Shown here piece after piece: positions 7,991-15,153 of a DNA stretch of 16,900 bases. The notes beneath the pieces are model-generated. The model saw only the letters and a program-made list of their open reading frames with translations. It did no database searches and had not been told where the DNA came from. The first letter of the stretch is position 1. The number at the start of each line of letters is the position of its first letter. The position numbers and the translations under genes were made by a program. The DNA is from an uncultured bacterium (GTDB taxonomy: Bacteria; Abyssobacteria; SURF-5). The stretch lies in contig CAZEBC010000029.1 of NCBI GenBank assembly GCA_964510165.1, positions 1-16,900 of the forward strand, in the 5' to 3' direction.

Positions 7991-8623
7991 TTATCTTTGA
8001 AGTTTGCGAGGGAGAACCCGTTTGGACCAATTGAGCGCGGAGAATTCAACATCGAGTTCAGGCAGACCGAGCGCTTCCCTACGGTTCGTAATGGTCACCC
8101 ACACGCATTCCTGATCAGGATTGAGGTCACATTTCTCGCCGGCTTTTTCTGAACACGGACCGTTGAGAATTCCCTTCGGGCATCGGGTTCGAGGACAAAT
8201 TGCCGCTGTGTGATTCAGGACGCATTCGCCGCATGCGATGCAGTTTTCAAGATAACTGTTGGAATGGATGACCGTGCCGGGAAACAGGGAATTCAACCCG
8301 GCAAGGCACGGTTTGTCAAGGGAGTCGGCGAGGGCTTGCACCCCGGTGCCGCATGCGAGCATCAGGACCGCCTCCACCTGTTCCAGCCGTTCCGTGACTC
8401 GCCGCAATTCGCGGGCGAGGACGCGCTGGTCGCAAGGTTCGTCGATCTGGAACGTCAAGACGATTTCCATGTCGCCGAGTTTGGCAGCGAGGTCTTCGAC
8501 TTGTTTCGTGCCGCCGGCCTGGCAGACGGCGGCGCATCCGCCGCATCCGATAATCGCCACCTTATGGTAGCGCGACAGAGAACTCTTGATTTCTTCTAAG
8601 GGCTTTTGCACAGATACTATCAT
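7991..8623 (-). CDS. metV: MetV-like Cys-rich protein (methylene-THF reductase small subunit / MTHFR C-terminal-like domain)
   Basis: GCGGCAAVCQAGG, EPCD, LACGTGVQ and ENCIACGEC...ICPRTRCPKGILNGPC...KCDLNPDQECVW, the Cys pattern of MetV proteins. Directly upstream of a metF-like gene. Confidence 0.82.
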   Translation of the reverse strand: MIVSVQKPLEEIKSSLSRYHKVAIIGCGGCAAVCQAGGTKQVEDLAAKLGDMEIVLTFQIDEPCDQRVLARELRRVTERLEQVEAVLMLACGTGVQALADSLDKPCLAGLNSLFPGTVIHSNSYLENCIACGECVLNHTAAICPRTRCPKGILNGPCSEKAGEKCDLNPDQECVWVTITNRREALGLPELDVEFSALNWSKRVLPRKLQR

Positions 8624-8642
8624 GATGGACTAACGACCTTCC

Positions 8643-9338
8643 TTATTCGAGCAAGCCGAACAGAGTACGGACCTTGTCGATGAAGTATTCCGGTTTTTCT
8701 TCCTCGACCCGATTGATGCGTCCCTGTGGCACAACCCACTCATCTTCCCTGTACACGGATGTTTTTGTGACCTCGAAGACGGAGCTTTTTAGTTGCCATG
8801 TCTCGCCGTCGAACTCGTAAACATCCTTCTGGACGCCCTGGTCCCGGATGAAATCGGTATCGTCGCTGGCTTTGCCTTGCGACCTGGAGTACCGTGTCTG
8901 GTAGCGGACCTTGCGGTACTTTGCCTCGCCGACGTATGAAGGGCTGAAGGAGTCTGTCTTTGTCACGGTGACTTCGACCGCATCGGGCTCTGGGAACTCA
9001 TCGTAGTATTTGTAATACAGTTTGGCGTCGCCGGAAGAAATCGCGATTACCTGGTTCTTGAACTGTTCCTGATTCTCCTGCAAATAGGAAATTTGCCCGG
9101 CGAGTTTCGTTTCGAGCGCTTGCTTGACTTTGTCATCGGAGACCTCTCCCCGGACCAGAGGGTCGGCACCGCCAGGCCCCCGCACCTTGTTGGGGGAGGA
9201 GCATCCCGCGAGCAATCCGACAAAAAGGAGGGCCGCGATGGCCCTCAGCGCGGTCTTAATTGCCGGCCGCGCGAATGAATTCGTACCCACGGAGTGTGCG
9301 AATGAATTCGCACTTACAGAACTGAGCGACAGTCTCAT
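8643..9338 (-). CDS. Hypothetical lipoprotein
   Basis: ATG 9338 follows AGGGAG and lies 11 nt after the kinase stop. Hydrophobic stretch AIAALLFVGLLAG then Cys (lipobox LAG-C). Hydrophilic, Tyr-rich mature region with no family recognised. 231 aa. Confidence 0.75.
   Translation of the reverse strand: MRLSLSSVSANSFAHSVGTNSFARPAIKTALRAIAALLFVGLLAGCSSPNKVRGPGGADPLVRGEVSDDKVKQALETKLAGQISYLQENQEQFKNQVIAISSGDAKLYYKYYDEFPEPDAVEVTVTKTDSFSPSYVGEAKYRKVRYQTRYSRSQGKASDDTDFIRDQGVQKDVYEFDGETWQLKSSVFEVTKTSVYREDEWVVPQGRINRVEEEKPEYFIDKVRTLFGLLE
9269..9317 (-). repeat. Two direct copies (27-nt period) of a 22-nt REP-like palindromic element
   Basis: Minus strand: GTAAGTGCGAATTCATTCGCAC (9317-9296; perfect GTGCGAAT/ATTCGCAC stem) and GTGGGTACGAATTCATTCGCGC (9290-9269). 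Both have the GT(A/G)(A/G)-tetranucleotide-plus-palindrome layout. Confidence 0.7.
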
Positions 9339-9349
9339 TGTTGTCTCCC

Positions 9350-10357
9350 TTACGACAAATGTTCTATTTTCAAACCGTCGGTTATGATCTTGAATGGGAG
9401 CACTTGAGCGCCCGCGTCCGTGAGGGCCGCCGCGACCCGGGCCCTTTCTTCGGGTCGTATGCAGGTAATCATGCAGCCGCCTCCTCCGGCGCCACAGAGT
9501 TTGTTGGCCAAGGCGCCTGCATGCAGGGCGGCCCGCATTATTTTTTCCACGCTGTCGGTCGTGACTCCCTCGCCAAGCGTGCGCCGCCTTTGCCATTCAG
9601 TGTCGAGCAGACGGGCAAATTCGTCCCAGTCCTTTTTCACGAGGCAGGAGCGCATCGAGAGTGCGATTTGCTTGATGTGTTTCATGCCTTCGCGAGTTTC
9701 GGGATTACCCTCGATGTAGTTACGCATCATTGTCCAATTGGTGGCTCCTGAGAATCTGGGGGCGCCGGTAAAGGACAAGATAAGCCTCTTTTCGAGTTCA
9801 TCCACGGCGGTATTGTCGAGCAGCTTTTCCCGTTTGCCTCCCCGGACCCCGAACCACAGAGCGCTCACTCCTCCGTAAACGGCGGCGTAATAATCCTGTT
9901 TGCCGGTGGGAACCCTTATGCACTGGGCCTCGAGGTCGGCGGCGACATCAATCAGCTCGTCGCGCGAATACGGGGAATTGCTCAGGGCGTTTAAGGCTGC
10001 CAGAACCGCTATCAATAAAGAGGAAGAAGCCCCCAGTCCCGAACCCTTGATGACTCCATTCTGCGTGGTGATGTTCAATCCGTTGGGGAGGTTGAAGAAC
10101 TTGACGGCTCTTGCGACAATCCCAAGTTCGCCGTCGCAACTGAGCGAATCCATATGGTCGCACTTTTCCTCTATTCGCAGGTCCAGCGAGGACAGGCAGA
10201 CCCTGGCATCAGCGCGCAGTTCGATTGTTGCGGTGCAGAACATGTCGATGGCACAATTGAGTGTCAGTCCCCCCTCCTCAAAGAGATAGATCGGATAGAG
10301 GTCAAGCGTGCCTCCGGCGAGGTCTATCCGGGTTGGCGCCGTGGCCCGAACCTTCAT
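9350..10357 (-). CDS. GHMP-family sugar kinase, HddA (D-glycero-D-manno-heptose 7-phosphate kinase)-like
   Basis: APTRIDLAGGTLD, GSGLGASS, GKQDYYAAVYGG and KLCGAGGGG. Start set at ATG 10357 (MKVRATAP), preceded by GGGA. 335 aa. Confidence 0.85.
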   Translation of the reverse strand: MKVRATAPTRIDLAGGTLDLYPIYLFEEGGLTLNCAIDMFCTATIELRADARVCLSSLDLRIEEKCDHMDSLSCDGELGIVARAVKFFNLPNGLNITTQNGVIKGSGLGASSSLLIAVLAALNALSNSPYSRDELIDVAADLEAQCIRVPTGKQDYYAAVYGGVSALWFGVRGGKREKLLDNTAVDELEKRLILSFTGAPRFSGATNWTMMRNYIEGNPETREGMKHIKQIALSMRSCLVKKDWDEFARLLDTEWQRRRTLGEGVTTDSVEKIMRAALHAGALANKLCGAGGGGCMITCIRPEERARVAAALTDAGAQVLPFKIITDGLKIEHLS

Positions 10358-10402
10358 GAGCTGAATTCCCGTTTTCTTTGATGGATACAAAGCGAACAAG
10401 CG

Positions 10403-10420
10403 ATGATTTGCTTAAATCAT
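10403..10420. promoter_or_regulatory. Operator-like palindrome overlapping the -10 element and predicted start site
   Basis: ATGATTT-GCTT-AAATCAT: perfect 7-bp inverted repeat with a 4-nt spacer. Confidence 0.5.
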
Positions 10421-10444
10421 ACACGAATGCGGGGATTATTTCAA
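10416..10444 (-). promoter_or_regulatory. sigma70-type promoter for the kinase-to-response-regulator run
   Basis: Minus strand TTGAAA (10444-10439), 17-nt spacer, TATGAT (10421-10416), in an AT-rich intergenic patch. Confidence 0.7.
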
Positions 10445-10476
10445 CAAAAAGTGGCCGAAAAGGGCCGGCCGAGATC

Positions 10477-10564
10477 AGTGACTAAAGTGAGCTAAAGTTA
10501 CTAAAATGCAGACGACGCGGGGTGAGGCGAGTCTCGGACAGTCAGATCGGACAGGGCGGACGAG
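10477..10564. repeat. Short imperfect intergenic tandem repeats
   Basis: AGTGACTAA / AGTGAGCTAA / AGTTACTAA (10477-10504), TCGGACAG twice (10534, 10547) and GCGGACGAG (10556). Confidence 0.5.
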
Positions 10565-10582
10565 ACGGGCGGGGTTGTGGGT

Positions 10583-12031
10583 TCAGGGCTTTGGAGGAAC
10601 GGGATTGTGGCAGGCGAAGAAGTGGGCTGGTGTGTGTTCAATCAGGCCGGGGACAACGCTCTTGCAGACAGGCAAAGCATTGAAGCAGCGGGGATGGAAG
10701 CTGCAGCCGGGCGGCGGATTGATCGGGGAGGGCACGTCGCCGGGCAAGAGTATTCGCTTGCGTCTGTGCTTGGGATCGGGTATTGGAATCGCCGACATGA
10801 GAGCGACCGTATAGGGATGGCGAGGGCTGCGGTACAGTTCCTCGCTTGAGGCGAGTTCCGCGATTTTGCCGAGGTACATGACTGCGACCCGGTGGCTTAT
10901 ATACTCAACGACTCTGAGGTCATGCGCGATGAAAAGGTAGGAAATGCCGTATTCCTCTTGAAGGTCTTTGAGGAGGTTGACGATCTGAGCCTGGATGGAG
11001 ACGTCGAGCGCGGATACAGGTTCGTCGCAGACGATGAAGCGGGGCTCGAGCGCGAGAGCACGCGCGATGCCGATGCGCTGTCTTTGTCCGCCGCTGAATT
11101 CATGCGGATAGCGGTCGAGGAATTCTCTGGACAATCCGACTCGTTCGAGCAATTGAGCCACTCGTTCGCGGCGTTCTCTGCCGTCGGCGATTTTGTGGAC
11201 GGAGACGGCTTCGCCGACAATATTCTCGATGTTCATCCGAGGATTGAGTGAGCCAAATGGGTCCTGGAAAATTATCTGCATCTCCTTACGCATGGCCCTC
11301 ATTTCGCTTTCGGAGAGGAGATCGAGAGGCAGACCGTCGTAAAAGACGCGGCCGCTGGTGGGCGGGATGAGGCGGAGGATGGTTCTGCCGAGGGTGGTCT
11401 TGCCGCAGCCGCTTTCTCCGACGAGTCCGAGCGTCTCGCCCGGCTTGACGGTGAGGTAGATGTCGTCGACCGCTTTGACGTGTTCCTTCACTCTGGCGAA
11501 GACGCCTGCGCGGACGGGGAAATATTTCTTGAGTCGTTCGACGCGGAGCAGAAGGTTATCCATCGGTTCGAGCAGATGCTGCTGTTCGTAGTGTCCTCTT
11601 ATCATTTCAACGGTTATGGTGGGGCGTCGGCACGGCCGTCGCAGGAGGACATAAAGAAGCTGGAAGAAGAGCCACGGGACGATAGCCGGGAGGGCGGTTA
11701 TGAGGGCGAGGGTGGGCCAGAGCTTTGTGTTCATCTCGCGGCTCCGGCAATCGTCGTATGTGTAGAGGGCGATGTAGGCTGGGAGCGAGAGCACGGCGCA
11801 CAGCGCGGGCCAAAAGACGGGATTGTACTCTCGTTCGATTGTTTTATGCCGCGCGAGATAACAAAGCAGGCCGTTAAGGAATCCCATGAGAGTGCCAATG
11901 ATGAAGGCGCCGAGCGCCCATTTGACGGCAGGTCTGCGGTTTTTGCGGGCGTCGCCGTAGACCCATAGGGCTAGGCCGAGCGCGAGGGCCGAGTTTGCGG
12001 CGGCAATCCAGCCTATCAGAGTGAAGTCCAT
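10583..12031 (-). CDS. oppF: Oligopeptide/dipeptide ABC transporter ATPase (OppF/AppF type) with N-terminal membrane extension
   Basis: [34 protein letters not shown] and C-terminal HPYT...GCSFHPRC. The ATG is 4 nt after the oppD stop. The first ~156 aa are hydrophobic and not ABC-like. Confidence 0.92.
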   Translation of the reverse strand: MDFTLIGWIAAANSALALGLALWVYGDARKNRRPAVKWALGAFIIGTLMGFLNGLLCYLARHKTIEREYNPVFWPALCAVLSLPAYIALYTYDDCRSREMNTKLWPTLALITALPAIVPWLFFQLLYVLLRRPCRRPTITVEMIRGHYEQQHLLEPMDNLLLRVERLKKYFPVRAGVFARVKEHVKAVDDIYLTVKPGETLGLVGESGCGKTTLGRTILRLIPPTSGRVFYDGLPLDLLSESEMRAMRKEMQIIFQDPFGSLNPRMNIENIVGEAVSVHKIADGRERRERVAQLLERVGLSREFLDRYPHEFSGGQRQRIGIARALALEPRFIVCDEPVSALDVSIQAQIVNLLKDLQEEYGISYLFIAHDLRVVEYISHRVAVMYLGKIAELASSEELYRSPRHPYTVALMSAIPIPDPKHRRKRILLPGDVPSPINPPPGCSFHPRCFNALPVCKSVVPGLIEHTPAHFFACHNPVPPKP

Positions 12032-12035
12032 GCGT

Positions 12036-12998
12036 TCACGCTTTCCTGCATCTGACGAGGTGTCCCGGTTCGACGGTTATGAGTTCGGATTCGAGGCGTT
12101 CGCATTCGCGGTCGCTCAGGTCACATCGCGGGTGGAAGCGACAGCCGGGCGGATAGCCTGCCGGATCGGGGACGGCGCCCTCAATGGCACGGAGTTGTCC
12201 TTCTTCGTCACCCAGCCTCGGGAGCGAGTTGAGCAGGCCGATTGTGTACGGGTGTTTGGGATTCTCGAAGAGTCGAGCGGTTGTGGCGTACTCGACTATC
12301 TGCCCCGCGTACATGACTGCGACGTCGTCGGTTGACTCGGCGACGACGCCAAGGTCATGAGTTATCAGCAATGTGGACATGTTGAATTCCCGCCGGAGGT
12401 CATATATGAGCTCGAGTATTTGTGCCTGGATGGTGACGTCGAGCGCGGTGGTCGGCTCGTCGGCGATAAGCAGTTTGGGGTTGCACGATATTGCCATGGC
12501 GATCATCGCCCTTTGCTTCATACCTCCCGAAAGCTGATGGGGATAATCGCTGTAGCGCTGTTCGGGCGAGAAAATCTTGACTTTGCGGAGGAGTTCGATG
12601 GCGATTGCCTTCGCTTCTGAGCGCGAGACTTTACGGTGGAGCCTGATTGCCTCCGCTATTTGGTAGCCGATGGTGAAGACGGGGTTAAGCGAGGTCATAG
12701 GCTCCTGAAAGATCATCGCGATATCGTTGCCACGGACGGAGCGCATGGCCGATTCCGAGAGCTTCAGCAAGTCGCGTCCTTCGAAGATAATTTCGCCGTT
12801 GAGGATTCTGCCGGGCGGCGAGGGGATAAGCCTGAGTATGGAGAGCGCGGTCACGCTTTTGCCGCATCCGCTCTCGCCGACCAGTCCGAGCGTTCTTCCC
12901 GTTTCGAGGGAGAAACTGACGCCATCGACGGCGCGTACCACTTTGGAGTCGCTGTAGAAATATGTTTTCAGGTCGCGCACTTCGATGAGGGTGGTCAT
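12036..12998 (-). CDS. oppD: Oligopeptide/dipeptide ABC transporter ATPase (OppD/DppD type)
   Basis: [38 protein letters not shown] and HPYT...[12 protein letters not shown] overlap with the oppC stop. Confidence 0.95.
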   Translation of the reverse strand: MTTLIEVRDLKTYFYSDSKVVRAVDGVSFSLETGRTLGLVGESGCGKSVTALSILRLIPSPPGRILNGEIIFEGRDLLKLSESAMRSVRGNDIAMIFQEPMTSLNPVFTIGYQIAEAIRLHRKVSRSEAKAIAIELLRKVKIFSPEQRYSDYPHQLSGGMKQRAMIAMAISCNPKLLIADEPTTALDVTIQAQILELIYDLRREFNMSTLLITHDLGVVAESTDDVAVMYAGQIVEYATTARLFENPKHPYTIGLLNSLPRLGDEEGQLRAIEGAVPDPAGYPPGCRFHPRCDLSDRECERLESELITVEPGHLVRCRKA

Positions 12999-14110
12999 TG
13001 GGCCTTTTCCTCAAAAGCGAGTTTGGGGTCGAGCGCGTCGCGGAGGCCGTCACCCAGGAAATTGAAGGACATCACGGCCACGAAAATGAAGAGGCCGGGC
13101 AGCAGAATCCAGGGGTGGAACTCGATCTGTGCGATATTCATGGCTTCGCTGAGGAGGTTGCCCCAACTGGCCTGCGGTTCCTGAATGCCGACCCCGATGA
13201 GGCTGAGCGCCGACTCACCCAGTATATAGCCGGGGATGGATAAAGTCACGGCGACGATCACGTACGAGAGAGTGTTGGGGAGGATGTGGCGGACAATGAT
13301 ACGGAGAGAACCTTCGCCGGAAGCTCGCGCGGCGGTCACGAATTCCTTTTCCCTGATGGAGAGGACCATGCCGCGTATGACCCGTGCCAGACTGGCCCAG
13401 CCGATGAAGCTCATGATCAGAACGATCATCAGGTAAATCTGGATTGATGACAATCCCGGAGGAAAGGCAGCCCTGAGCGCAAGCATGAGGTAGAAGCCCG
13501 GGATCATCATGACCATTTCGCAGAGACGCATGAGTACGTTGTCCACTCTCCCGCCGAAATAACCCGCTATTCCTCCTACCAGCATCCCGATGGAGAAAGA
13601 AATGGCGACTCCGACGAAGCCGACCGAGAGGGAAACGCGGCTGCCGTCGAGGATTCGGGAGAACAGGTCTCGCCCGCGGTAATCGGCTCCAAGCAGGTAG
13701 ATACGGGCGGGCTTGTCCACGCCGAAGAGGCGTGTTTTCATTGGTACGAGGCCCAGGAGGCGGTGCTCCTCGCCCTCGACGAACAGCTTCAGAGGGTATC
13801 GCTTTGATTTATCCTGGACATACACACGGTTGTAGTATTCGTCGAATGTGTACGAATACTCGTAGACGTAGGGCCGGCGGAAGTTGCCCTCCTGATCGAA
13901 GAAGTAAATGCGCATCGGCGGGCAATACGAGAGGTGGCGGCGCTCGCTATCGTAATTGTAAGGCGCGATGAAGTCGGCGAAAATGGCCAACGCGTAGAGG
14001 AAGCCGAGCACCCACAGGCTGAAAATGGCCAGCTTGTGGCGGCGGAGGCGTTTGAGCGCGAGCCGCGCCTGCGACGCGGGAGCGCTTCCGTTTCCGTTTT
14101 CGTTTGTCAT
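12995..14110 (-). CDS. oppC: Oligopeptide ABC transporter permease OppC
   Basis: [24 protein letters not shown]-like loop [16 protein letters not shown] and [14 protein letters not shown]. Start ATG 14110 overlaps the oppB stop (ATGA). Confidence 0.93.
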   Translation of the reverse strand: MTNENGNGSAPASQARLALKRLRRHKLAIFSLWVLGFLYALAIFADFIAPYNYDSERRHLSYCPPMRIYFFDQEGNFRRPYVYEYSYTFDEYYNRVYVQDKSKRYPLKLFVEGEEHRLLGLVPMKTRLFGVDKPARIYLLGADYRGRDLFSRILDGSRVSLSVGFVGVAISFSIGMLVGGIAGYFGGRVDNVLMRLCEMVMMIPGFYLMLALRAAFPPGLSSIQIYLMIVLIMSFIGWASLARVIRGMVLSIREKEFVTAARASGEGSLRIIVRHILPNTLSYVIVAVTLSIPGYILGESALSLIGVGIQEPQASWGNLLSEAMNIAQIEFHPWILLPGLFIFVAVMSFNFLGDGLRDALDPKLAFEEKAQ

Positions 14111-15075
14111 TGATACGACACCGTCGGGTCCACTATTGCGAGGAGGACATCGGCAACGAGATTGCCGATCACAAGCAGCAGTCCCCCGATGAGCGTGCTT
14201 CCCATGACCAGGAAAATGTCCTGGCTTCTGACGGCCTCGAGCATAACCTGTCCCAGGCCGGGATATCCGCATACGATTTCGAGCAGGGCGGCGCCGCTGA
14301 GAAGGCTTGAAAACTCGAATCCGAAAATGGTGACCATTGGGTTAATGGCGTTTCGCAAGGCGTGGCGATAGATGACCTGGTTTTCCGGGAGGCCCTTGGC
14401 GCGGGCGGTGGTTACGTATTGCATTCTGAGGATTTCGAGCATGTTGCCGCGCATTATGCGTTGGAGGCTTGCCAGTCCACCGATGGCGAGGACGGTTGTG
14501 GGAATGACGAGATGTCTGGCGATATCAACGACCTTTTGAATGTCTGAAAGCTGCTCGTAGTTTGCCGATTTCAGGCCACCGGGCGGGAGCCATCCCAACT
14601 CCGAGCCGAGAAAATAGAGCATGAGAAGCGCGAGGAAGAAGCCCGGAAGTGACATGCCGAGAAAGGCCAGCCCAGAGAAGAACTTGTCGCCGATGGAGTA
14701 CTGATGCACGGCGCTATAGATGCCAATGGGGATGGCCACCAGCCACGTAATTAGGATGGCTGAGACCGAAAGAAGGAGCGTGTTGACGAGGCGACTGCCG
14801 ATCACGCTGGTGACGGGCTGTTTTTGCGAGACGGAATATCCGAGGTCCAGCCTCGCGAGGTTTTTGAGCCAATATGCGTACTGGATCAGGGCAGGCTCAT
14901 CCATATGATACTGGGCCTGCAAGTTGCGTATGGTTTCCTCGGAAATCTGGGGATTCATGCGGAGAGTGGCGAAGTAATCGCCGGGGGACAGTTGAATGAA
15001 CATGAATGCGACGAACGACATCGCAAGCAAGAGGGGCAGCAAGATAAACAAGCGGCGGATTATATACGCTGTCAT
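14107..15075 (-). CDS. oppB: Oligopeptide ABC transporter permease OppB
   Basis: MTAYIIRRL start, LDLGYS, YVTTARAKGL..RHALRNA and GNLVAD...DP. ATG 15075 is preceded by GGTGA. Confidence 0.94.
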   Translation of the reverse strand: MTAYIIRRLFILLPLLLAMSFVAFMFIQLSPGDYFATLRMNPQISEETIRNLQAQYHMDEPALIQYAYWLKNLARLDLGYSVSQKQPVTSVIGSRLVNTLLLSVSAILITWLVAIPIGIYSAVHQYSIGDKFFSGLAFLGMSLPGFFLALLMLYFLGSELGWLPPGGLKSANYEQLSDIQKVVDIARHLVIPTTVLAIGGLASLQRIMRGNMLEILRMQYVTTARAKGLPENQVIYRHALRNAINPMVTIFGFEFSSLLSGAALLEIVCGYPGLGQVMLEAVRSQDIFLVMGSTLIGGLLLVIGNLVADVLLAIVDPTVSYQ

Positions 15076-15103
15076 TGCATCACCGGCACACACACATGAT
15101 ACA

Positions 15104-15127
15104 GCCCACGAGGAACTGCTCGTGGGC
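15104..15127. other. Intercistronic stem-loop between oppA and oppB
   Basis: GCCCACGAG-GAACTG-CTCGTGGGC, a perfect 9-bp stem with no U-tract. Confidence 0.55.
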
Positions 15128-15153
15128 CTGAAGAGCTTCGCGGTAAGCCCTGA

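Noticed and set aside
9269-9317. Possible mini CRISPR array
   Set aside because: Only two units separated by 5 nt, no spacer-length sequence and no cas genes. REP-like elements explain it better.
9339-9596. Extended N-terminus of the lipoprotein ORF in the track
   Set aside because: Overlaps the GHMP kinase by about 250 nt and reads as Arg-rich off-frame sequence. ATG 9338 has a good RBS.
12036-12140. Four-Cys C-terminal motif of OppD (also in OppF)
   Set aside because: A standard feature of oligopeptide ABC ATPase C-terminal domains, not novel.
14111-14272. Extended oppC N-terminus (likewise iorB 5391-5507 and metF-like 7977-8030)
   Set aside because: These extensions run into upstream genes. 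Downstream ATGs with an ATGA overlap, an RBS or a short gap after the upstream stop fit the family N-termini better.
15086-15096. Short CA dinucleotide run upstream of oppB
   Set aside because: About five units and intergenic, too short to support phase variation.
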